Origin: a virus
Taxonomy: Duplodnaviria > Caudoviricetes
Strand: one strand, 5' to 3'
Virus record (IMG/VR): IMGVR_UViG_3300029995_000039
Location: 1 to 24,770 of that record
DNA length: 24,770 nucleotides
Positions within the stretch are counted from its first letter, which is position 1; every line of letters begins with the position of its first letter. The notes under the pieces were generated by a model. That model worked only from the letters and a program-made list of their open reading frames with translations. It was not told the DNA's origin and did no database searches. The position numbers and the translations under genes are program-made. Positions 17,666 through 24,770 of this stretch are shown here, piece after piece.

Positions 17666-20600
17666 ATGGATTTCGTAAAGATTTTAAAAAGATATCCAAA
17701 ACAAGGTGTCGTTGAAATATATCCAAAATTTATTATCGGCAAACATAATGACATAATGATCCGAGGCGGAGACTTCTACGCTATTTGGGTCGAGGAACGT
17801 GGATTGTGGTCCACAGATGAAGATGATGTAAAAATGTTAATTGATAATGAATTAGATGATTACGTCAAAGAACATGTTAAAAATTATGAAGAATCATCAA
17901 TAAATATACAATATATGTGGGATGCTGATTCTGGAACAGTTGATAAATGGCATAAATATTGTCAGAAACAACAGAGAGATTCGTTTCACATATTAGATGA
18001 GTCTCTTGTATTTGCAAATGACAAAGCTAAGAAACGAGACTATGCAAGTAAACGTTTATCATATCCATTGGAAGATTGTGCTACTTCGGCATATGATTTA
18101 TTGATGTCAACACTATATTTAGAAGAAGATAGACATAAATTAGAATGGGCAATTGGTGCAGTTGTTACTGGTGATTCTAAAAAAATACAAAAGTTTTTAG
18201 TATTATATGGTTCACAAGGTTCTGGTAAATCTACAGTATTGAATATAATACAAATGTTATTTGATGGGTATTATTCTGCATTTGATGCTAAGGTATTAGG
18301 ATCTAGCAGTAATGCATTTGCATTGGAAGCATTTAAAACAAATCCATTAATAGCAATACAACATGATGGTGATTTATCTCATATTGAGGATAATACTAGA
18401 CTTAATAGTTTAGTCTCACATGAGATGATGACCATTAATGAAAAGTTTAAAAGTGCATACGATAGTAAATTTAAGACATTCTTATTTATGGGTACAAATA
18501 AACCAGTAAAGATTACAGATGCTAAATCTGGACTTATACGACGTTTGATTGATGTAGCACCATCTGGCAATAAACTTGCAACTAAAGTATATAATGATTC
18601 AATGAAACAAGTTAGTTTTGAACTTGGTGGTATTGCTTGGCATTGTAGAGAAGTATATTTAGAGAATCCTGGAGCATACGATAATTATATACCAACAGCA
18701 ATGCTTAGTGCATCAAATGATTTCTATAATTATGTTATAGATTGCTATCATATATTTGTACGCGATAATGGTGTAACATTAAAAAGTGCTTGGGAACTAT
18801 ATAAAACCTATTGCGATGATGCAAAAGTATTATACCCATTACCAAGACGAGCATTCCAAGAAGAAATTAAGAATTATTTTAAATCTTTTGAAGATAGGTT
18901 TGCCTTGGATGATGGCACCAGAGTACGTAGTTACTATTCTGGTTTTCTTACTGAGAAATTCGAAACTGGATTACCAGTAACGGATAAGAAAAAAGAACAA
19001 GAATCAATAAACAATCCAAACGTTACTGAAAAAGGTTGGCTAATGCTAAGTGAACAAAAATCTTTATTTGATTCTGAGTGGTCAGACTGTTATGCACAAT
19101 ATGCAACTACAAATGAAAAAGAGATACCACTTAAAGCATGGGATAAAGTTACAACAAAATTATCTAGTATTGACACTTCTAAATTGCATTATGTTAGAGT
19201 TCCAATAAATCATATTGTAATTGATTTTGATATACCAGATGCCGATGGTAATAAAAACTATGAATTAAATGCTATGGCCGCATCAACATGGCCAAAAACG
19301 TATGCTGAGGTTAGTAAAGGTGGTGCTGGTATACATCTTCATTATTTGTATAATGGGGACCCAGAGAAGCTCAGCAGAGTGTTTGAAGAGCATATAGAAG
19401 TTAAAGTATTCAATGGTAATAGTTCACTTAGACGTAAATTATCAAAGTGTAACGACTTGCCTATAGCACAAATTAGTTCTGGGCTACCGTTGAAAGGAGA
19501 GAAAATGATAAACAAAGATATACTAGCAACTGAACGAGGTTTACGAACAACAATTAAAAAATGTTTAAATAAAGAAGTTCATGCTGGAACAAAACCGTCA
19601 ATGGATTTTATTAATAAAATATTACAAGAAGCAAAAAGTCAAGGTATTAGTTACGATGTATCAAATATGAAAAATGAAATAGTAGCATTTGCAGCACAAA
19701 GTAGTCATCAAAGTGAGTATTGCTTAAATCTTATATCAACAATACCATTTAAATCAGATAATGAGATTGATAATTCTAGTATTGATGATGTGGATAAACC
19801 AATGATAATATTTGATATTGAGGTATTTCCAAATTTATTTTATGTTGGTTGGAAAGTTGAGGGTGATGGTAAACCTATTGCCCACATGTTTAATCCAACA
19901 TCAGAGCAAATACAAGAATTATTAAATATGAAATTAGTAGGATTCAACTGTCGTAAATATGATAATCATTTGTTATATGCTAGAGTAATGGGATATGATA
20001 ATATGCAACTGTATAAATTATCAAAAAAGATTATTGATAATGGTATTCTTACTGCTGGATTCTTAGAAGCTTATAATTTATCATATACTGATGTTTATGA
20101 TTTTGCATCGTCTGGTAATAAAAAAAGTTTGAAAAAACTTGAGATAGAGATGGGAATACATCATCAAGAATTAGGACTACCATGGGATGAACCTGTTCCA
20201 GAAGAGTTATGGCCTAAAGTTGCTGATTATTGCGATAATGATGTTACTGCTACTGAATCGGCATTTCATTACTTATCTGCTGATTGGACAGCAAGACAAA
20301 TATTGGCTGATTTAGCTAATATGACAGTAAATGATACTACAAATACATTAACAACTAGGATCATATTTGGTAAGGATAGAAAACCACAAGGACAGTTTAA
20401 TTATAGAAATATGGCTGAACCAGTTTATGATATGGATGATGATACACGAAAATTCTTAGCTGAGGCTTGTCCGGAAATGATGGCGGGGTTACATGGTAAT
20501 GCTCTTAGTATACTTCCATATTTTCCAGGTTATAAATATTCATTTGGTAAATCAACATATAAAGAATTTAATGAAAACAATCCAAATCCAGAGCGTAGAG

Positions 20601-21859
20601 TTCTTGGTGAGGGTGGATTAGTAGTTTCAGAACCTGGAATATGGGGTAACGATGCATTGTTAGATATTGTATCGCAACATCCTCATAGTGGTATTGCTGA
20701 GTGTATATTTGGAGTTAAATTTACAAAAGCATTCAGAGAAATAGTTGAGGGTAGAGTTAGTATCAAACATAAGGCTTGGGCAGATGTTAATGATATGCTT
20801 GATGGTAAATTAACACCATATATTCAAAAAGTTATCAATGGTGAGATGACTGCTAAGCAATTAGCCAATGCATTAAAGACTGCAATTAATTCAGTGTACG
20901 GACTTACTAGTGCTTCGTTTGATAACCCATTCAAAGATAAACGTAACGTAGATAATATCATGGCTAAGCGTGGAGCATTGTTCATGGTAGATTTACGAGA
21001 AGAGGTTATGAAACGTGGATTTACAGTAGCTCATATTAAGACAGATTCAATTAAGATACCTGATGCTACTCCAGAAATTATTAAGTTTGTAATGGATTTT
21101 GGATTGCTGTATGGATATACATTTGAACATGAGGCAACTTATGAACGTATGTGCCTAGTAAATAAGGCTGTGTATATTGCAAAATATGCTACACCAGAAC
21201 AATGTATGAAGTTATATGGATACGTTCCAGATGATTGTAATGAACATGGTGGAGAATGGACAGCTACTGGTACACAGTTTGCTATTCCTTACGTGTTTAA
21301 AACATTATTTAGTAAAGAGGATATCGTATTTGAAGATCTTTGCGAAACCTTTGCTGTGTCAAAAGGTGATCTATATTTGGATATGAATGAGAATCTCCAA
21401 GATGTAACGTTACTTGAGAAGCAGCGTGATAAGATGCTTAAGAAAATGGACATTGATGATAGGCTAAAAGATAAATCTTACCCAGAATATGAAGCGTTAG
21501 AAGAGGATATAGCCGATGGTCATGATTTGAAGTTTGTAGGTAGAGTTGGACAATTCTGTACTGTTAAAGATGGTTGTAATGGTGGTGTATTATACCGTGT
21601 GTACAATGGTAAGAATAACAATGCATCTGGTGCTTCTGGATATAGATGGTTAGAATCAGAAACAGTTAAGAATAACAATATGGAAAAAGATATTAATAAA
21701 GATTTCTATAACAAGTTGGTCGATGATGCCATTTCAACAATTAATACATATGGAGACTTTGAATGGTTTGCGTCCAATGATCCATACATCCCAAAACCTA
21801 AAGTAGATATGTATATTCCAGATGATGCTGACGAAGAAGAAGGATTACCATTTAATTAG
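17666..21859 (+). CDS. Fused replication protein: SF3 (D5-like) helicase, AEP-type primase, 3'-5' exonuclease and family B-like DNA polymerase
   Basis: Walker A YGSQGSGKS and FMGTNK (SF3). VIDFDI and SKGGAGIHLHY (AEP DxD and His motifs). FDIEVF, GFNCRKYD and YCDND (Exo I-III). LDIVSQHP, KTAINSVYG and HIKTDS (PolB A-C like). Confidence 0.88.
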   Translation: MDFVKILKRYPKQGVVEIYPKFIIGKHNDIMIRGGDFYAIWVEERGLWSTDEDDVKMLIDNELDDYVKEHVKNYEESSINIQYMWDADSGTVDKWHKYCQKQQRDSFHILDESLVFANDKAKKRDYASKRLSYPLEDCATSAYDLLMSTLYLEEDRHKLEWAIGAVVTGDSKKIQKFLVLYGSQGSGKSTVLNIIQMLFDGYYSAFDAKVLGSSSNAFALEAFKTNPLIAIQHDGDLSHIEDNTRLNSLVSHEMMTINEKFKSAYDSKFKTFLFMGTNKPVKITDAKSGLIRRLIDVAPSGNKLATKVYNDSMKQVSFELGGIAWHCREVYLENPGAYDNYIPTAMLSASNDFYNYVIDCYHIFVRDNGVTLKSAWELYKTYCDDAKVLYPLPRRAFQEEIKNYFKSFEDRFALDDGTRVRSYYSGFLTEKFETGLPVTDKKKEQESINNPNVTEKGWLMLSEQKSLFDSEWSDCYAQYATTNEKEIPLKAWDKVTTKLSSIDTSKLHYVRVPINHIVIDFDIPDADGNKNYELNAMAASTWPKTYAEVSKGGAGIHLHYLYNGDPEKLSRVFEEHIEVKVFNGNSSLRRKLSKCNDLPIAQISSGLPLKGEKMINKDILATERGLRTTIKKCLNKEVHAGTKPSMDFINKILQEAKSQGISYDVSNMKNEIVAFAAQSSHQSEYCLNLISTIPFKSDNEIDNSSIDDVDKPMIIFDIEVFPNLFYVGWKVEGDGKPIAHMFNPTSEQIQELLNMKLVGFNCRKYDNHLLYARVMGYDNMQLYKLSKKIIDNGILTAGFLEAYNLSYTDVYDFASSGNKKSLKKLEIEMGIHHQELGLPWDEPVPEELWPKVADYCDNDVTATESAFHYLSADWTARQILADLANMTVNDTTNTLTTRIIFGKDRKPQGQFNYRNMAEPVYDMDDDTRKFLAEACPEMMAGLHGNALSILPYFPGYKYSFGKSTYKEFNENNPNPERRVLGEGGLVVSEPGIWGNDALLDIVSQHPHSGIAECIFGVKFTKAFREIVEGRVSIKHKAWADVNDMLDGKLTPYIQKVINGEMTAKQLANALKTAINSVYGLTSASFDNPFKDKRNVDNIMAKRGALFMVDLREEVMKRGFTVAHIKTDSIKIPDATPEIIKFVMDFGLLYGYTFEHEATYERMCLVNKAVYIAKYATPEQCMKLYGYVPDDCNEHGGEWTATGTQFAIPYVFKTLFSKEDIVFEDLCETFAVSKGDLYLDMNENLQDVTLLEKQRDKMLKKMDIDDRLKDKSYPEYEALEEDIADGHDLKFVGRVGQFCTVKDGCNGGVLYRVYNGKNNNASGASGYRWLESETVKNNNMEKDINKDFYNKLVDDAISTINTYGDFEWFASNDPYIPKPKVDMYIPDDADEEEGLPFN

Positions 21860-21885
21860 TTCGCGTAATAAACACATCCTATAAT
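21860..21885 (+). promoter_or_regulatory. Conserved cassette-opening element, copy 8
   Basis: TTCGCG TAATA AACA CATCC TATAAT, starting immediately after the polymerase TAG. Confidence 0.85.
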
Positions 21886-21902
21886 GAAAGGATGGTGATA
21901 TT

Positions 21903-22082
21903 ATGAATATTATTAAAAGAATATCAAACAATCTAAAATACGCAAAATATCGTAAACTTAGAGATAAGGCATTATATGAAATGAAAAAACATGAATATGA
22001 TACTGATAAAACTGAGTGGATACATTGGGCGAGTATTGGAATGGAAAGTATAAAAAAATGTAGAAATATACCATTACACTAA
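21903..22082 (+). CDS. 59-aa basic hypothetical protein (cassette 8 cargo, absent from the ORF track)
   Basis: MNIIKRISNNLKYAKYRKLRDKALYEMKKHEYDTDKTEWIHWASIGMESIKKCRNIPLH, with an AAGGATGGTGAT RBS-like leader. Confidence 0.7.
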   Translation: MNIIKRISNNLKYAKYRKLRDKALYEMKKHEYDTDKTEWIHWASIGMESIKKCRNIPLH

Positions 22083-22091
22083 AAGATATAT

Positions 22092-22120
22092 GGGGTCTAA
22101 GAAATTGGACTCTTTTCTTT
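22092..22120 (+). terminator. Terminator-like hairpin closing cassette 8
   Basis: GGGGTCTAA-GAAA-TTGGACTCT-TTTCTTT. Confidence 0.75.
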
Positions 22121-22156
22121 CTAAAAAATAAAACAAATTGAAGGAGATTTAAAATT

Positions 22157-22675
22157 ATGATGAATTTAACATTTGCACCAAGAGGTATTTTACAAATTGA
22201 TGGAGCTAGAATTATCTTTAGAAATTTTAAAGGTGAAGGTAGCACGTACAATCGTGAGGGCGATAGAAATTTCGCTATTGTTATCGAAACGGAAGAACAG
22301 TATGACGCATTATTAAAAGACCTTAATAAGTTTGGCGATTGCTGGAATGTAAAAAAGAAGGCTCCTAAAGAAGAGGGTGATGAACCATTTATGTATTTAT
22401 CGGTAAAAGCAAAGTTTAATGAAAATGGACCAGCAATATATCTAGTTTCAGGTAAGGCAAGAACTAAATTAACTGAGCATAGTATAGCAATTCTTGATGA
22501 CATTGATATTGCATCTGTTAGTTTAGATATACGTCCTTACGATGCTGAAGTTAGTGGTAAGACCTACAGAGCGGCATATCTAAAGGCAATGGAGATTACA
22601 CAGGAAGTAGATAGATTTGCAGATCCATCAGATATGGAAGATGCTATCAATGAACTTGAGGATGATGCAGAATAA
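22157..22675 (+). CDS. Putative phage single-stranded DNA-binding protein
   Basis: ARIIFRNFKG...GDRNF and DIRPY...AYLK segments with an acidic C-terminal tail. Lies between the polymerase and the helicase. Confidence 0.65.
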   Translation: MMNLTFAPRGILQIDGARIIFRNFKGEGSTYNREGDRNFAIVIETEEQYDALLKDLNKFGDCWNVKKKAPKEEGDEPFMYLSVKAKFNENGPAIYLVSGKARTKLTEHSIAILDDIDIASVSLDIRPYDAEVSGKTYRAAYLKAMEITQEVDRFADPSDMEDAINELEDDAE

Positions 22676-22677
22676 AC

Positions 22678-22703
22678 TTCGCGGATTAAACAGTCCATAT
22701 TAT
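22678..22703 (+). promoter_or_regulatory. Conserved cassette-opening element, copy 9
   Basis: TTCGCG GATTA AACA GTCCA TATTAT. Confidence 0.85.
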
Positions 22704-22735
22704 GAGACTAAATAAAAATTTGAAGGAGTAGTAAT

Positions 22736-23053
22736 ATGAATGAAAAGATTAAGAACAAAGCAAAGGAAGTAAAAAACTGGGCAGTTGATCATAAACATGA
22801 AATAGTCATGATAGTAATCGGTATTAGTATTGGTGCAGTTAGTGCTTCATATTTAAAAAAGGATAATATAAAAGGATTTGATCCAGACCTTATTAGCTTT
22901 ATAGATAGTGTGAAGCGCATGAAACCTACGAACGGATATGATATAGTTGATTCTAGGGGCATGACATTTAATGATGTACGTGATGAAATGGTACTAGCAC
23001 ATACACAAGATGTAGTTGTGGTTGGTGCATTAGTATACACAAAGAACAAATAA
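22736..23053 (+). CDS. 105-aa membrane protein (cassette 9 cargo)
   Basis: GAAGGAG RBS and TM segment IVMIVIGISIGAVSASYL. Confidence 0.85.
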   Translation: MNEKIKNKAKEVKNWAVDHKHEIVMIVIGISIGAVSASYLKKDNIKGFDPDLISFIDSVKRMKPTNGYDIVDSRGMTFNDVRDEMVLAHTQDVVVVGALVYTKNK

Positions 23054-23070
23054 TTTATAGTTACAATTAT

Positions 23071-23110
23071 AGAGGGTCTAGGTTTAAAACTTAGACTCTT
23101 TATTTTATTT
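23071..23110 (+). terminator. Terminator-like hairpin closing cassette 9
   Basis: AGAGGGTCTAGG-TTTAAAA-CTTAGACTCTTT-ATTTTATTT. Confidence 0.75.
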
Positions 23111-23126
23111 ATGTGGAGGTGATATA

Positions 23127-24413
23127 ATGAGTAAAGAACAAACTCCTTTTCTACGAGATTATCAACTTGATGCCGTGAACAAAGGCACTAATGGATGCAT
23201 ATTTAATGGTGGTGTTGGTAGCGGAAAATCTAGAACAGGACTATACTATTACTTCAAACAAAATGGTGGGCGTCTACTAGATTATGAGAATTATACGCCA
23301 ATGCATAATCCACCACAAGATTTATATATAATAACAACTGCTATGAAACGTGATAGTTGTGAATGGGATGGTGAACTAGCTAATTTTTATATATCTACCG
23401 ATCCAACTATAAATCAATATGATCAAAAAATAGTAATAGACTCATGGAATAATATTAAGAAATATATAACTATCAGAAATGCATTCTTTGTATTTGATGA
23501 AGATAAAGTAACTGGATCTGGTGCATGGGTTAAAGCATTTTGGAATATAGCAAAGAATAACAATTGGATTATATTATCAGCCACACCTGGTGATACCTGG
23601 ACGGATTATATGCCAGTATTTGTAGCAAATGGATTCTACAAGAATAAAACAGAATTTGAACGAGAACATGCAGTATTTAAACGATATTCGAAATGGCCTC
23701 AGATAGAGAAATATATTAATACTGGAAGGCTTATTAGATTACGAGATAAAATATTAATAAATATGGATTTTGAAAGATTGACAATACCACATCATATGAA
23801 TGTATATACTGATTACGATGTAGAGACTTATAAAAAAGTAATGAAGACTAGATGGAATCCGTATAAAGATGAACCTATAGCACAAGCATCAGTACTGTGT
23901 GGAATTCTTAGACAAATTGTAAATTCCGATGAGTCAAGAGTTGATAAAATGCTTGATATTCTAGAGACAAAAAATACAGCTATTATATTCTACAATTTTA
24001 ATTATGAATTAGATATATTGCATAATGTATTTTGGAATGCTGGCAATGATACAGAAGCCTGTGATTATGATGCTAATAATAGATTTGAAGTTGCAGAATG
24101 GAATGGTCATATGCATCAGGAAATACCAAGAGGTAATAAGTGGGTATATTTGGTACAGTATACTGCTGGTTGTGAAGGCTGGAATTGTATCACTACGGAC
24201 ACTATAATATTCTTTTCGCAGAACTATAGCTATAAGGTTGTAACGCAAGCTGCTGGGCGTATAGACCGCTTAAACAGTCCTTATATAGATCTGTACTACT
24301 ATCATTTGAAGAGTAGAGCTAGTATTGATATTGCTATTAGTAGAGCATTAACTAGTAAGAAAGAATTCAATGCTATGAAATGGTGTAACTCGCGTAGTAA
24401 ACAACTCCTATAA
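23127..24413 (+). CDS. Superfamily 2 DNA helicase
   Basis: LRDYQ, GGVGSGKS, FVFDE, LSATPG, EGWN and QAAGRIDR motifs. Confidence 0.88.
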   Translation: MSKEQTPFLRDYQLDAVNKGTNGCIFNGGVGSGKSRTGLYYYFKQNGGRLLDYENYTPMHNPPQDLYIITTAMKRDSCEWDGELANFYISTDPTINQYDQKIVIDSWNNIKKYITIRNAFFVFDEDKVTGSGAWVKAFWNIAKNNNWIILSATPGDTWTDYMPVFVANGFYKNKTEFEREHAVFKRYSKWPQIEKYINTGRLIRLRDKILINMDFERLTIPHHMNVYTDYDVETYKKVMKTRWNPYKDEPIAQASVLCGILRQIVNSDESRVDKMLDILETKNTAIIFYNFNYELDILHNVFWNAGNDTEACDYDANNRFEVAEWNGHMHQEIPRGNKWVYLVQYTAGCEGWNCITTDTIIFFSQNYSYKVVTQAAGRIDRLNSPYIDLYYYHLKSRASIDIAISRALTSKKEFNAMKWCNSRSKQLL

Positions 24414-24414
24414 T
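24389..24414 (+). promoter_or_regulatory. Conserved cassette-opening element, copy 10 (inside the helicase 3' end)
   Basis: CTCGCG TAGTA AACA ACTCC TATAAT. Confidence 0.85.
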
Positions 24415-24434
24415 AGAATATATAAGGAGGATTT

Positions 24435-24668
24435 ATGATGAGTAAAAATGATGAATTTGAAATTGGGGACATTGAAAAAGTTAAGGTCAATGGATTGAAT
24501 ATGTATAAACTTGGACACGAGTTATGTCTAACAAAAGGTGACGCGATAAAACGCGTAAATGAGTTAAGTAATAATTGGAATGCTAAGAATATATCATTTG
24601 ATTCTGGATGCGACGTAATAAAAATGATTTGTGATGGAAAAGTTTTACACGGAATAAGATTAGGATAA
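24435..24668 (+). CDS. 77-aa hypothetical protein (cassette 10 cargo)
   Basis: TAAGGAGG RBS, between element 10 and hairpin 10. Confidence 0.8.
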   Translation: MMSKNDEFEIGDIEKVKVNGLNMYKLGHELCLTKGDAIKRVNELSNNWNAKNISFDSGCDVIKMICDGKVLHGIRLG

Positions 24669-24683
24669 GAATGTATATTTACA

Positions 24684-24714
24684 AAAGAGTTTAAGAAATT
24701 AGACTCTTTCTTTT
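24684..24714 (+). terminator. Terminator-like hairpin closing cassette 10
   Basis: AAAGAGTTTAA-GAAA-TTAGACTCTTT-CTTTT. Confidence 0.75.
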
Positions 24715-24733
24715 CTAAATAAAAGGAGGTATT

Positions 24734-24770
24734 ATGACTGCATTAGAATTTAAAAAGCTACAAGTTGGCG
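24734..24770 (+). CDS. Start of a hypothetical protein, truncated by the window edge
   Basis: AAAGGAGGT RBS followed by MTALEFKKLQVG. Confidence 0.65.
   Translation, partial: MTALEFKKLQVG

Noticed and set aside
12562-24207. Nested + strand alternate-frame ORFs (12562..12747, 15086..15268, 18786..18980, 24025..24207)
   Set aside because: Each lies fully inside a larger gene and I saw no supporting RBS or motif.
930-24490. All minus-strand ORFs in the track (e.g. 930..1496, 11287..11823, 21958..22503, 10814..11020, 10912..11190)
   Set aside because: They shadow well-supported + strand genes or cassette elements and have no recognisable motifs.
24541-24560. ACGCGATAAA ACGCGTAAAT (also ACGCG near 12246 and 18760) as extra copies of the element
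   Set aside because: They start ACGCG rather than TCGCG, lack the correctly spaced AACA and -10 box, and lie in coding sequence.
8489-24714. Classical integron attC sites
   Set aside because: The hairpins lack the RYYYAAC...GTTRRRY ends, each unit has its own promoter-like element, and no tyrosine recombinase is in the window. The resemblance is only in logic.

Overview
AT-rich segment of a tailed-phage (siphovirus-like) genome, probably infecting a low-GC Firmicute (Clostridia-like). All credible genes are on the + strand. Gene order: 3' part of the tape measure, Dit-like protein, 1757-aa Tal/adhesion protein with two duplicated module pairs, XhlA-like protein, holin, amidase endolysin, many small membrane proteins, a SleB-like cell wall hydrolase, two DUF6353-like paralogs, a 1397-aa SF3 helicase-primase-exonuclease-polymerase fusion, an SSB-like protein and an SF2 helicase. 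From memory (not searched), this gene set resembles the Lactococcus phage 1706-like lineage. The main unexplained structure is ten self-contained cassettes placed between core genes. Each opens with the same 26-bp element (YTCGCG-N5-AACA-N5-TWTWAT), carries one small unrelated ORF (8 cases, several missed by the ORF track) or only a structured non-coding sequence (2 cases), and closes with a hairpin plus U-tract, usually with the 3' sequence TTAGRCTCTTT. Three cassettes form a head-to-tail array at 10361-10954. No integrase, reverse transcriptase, CRISPR array or tRNA was recognised in the window.
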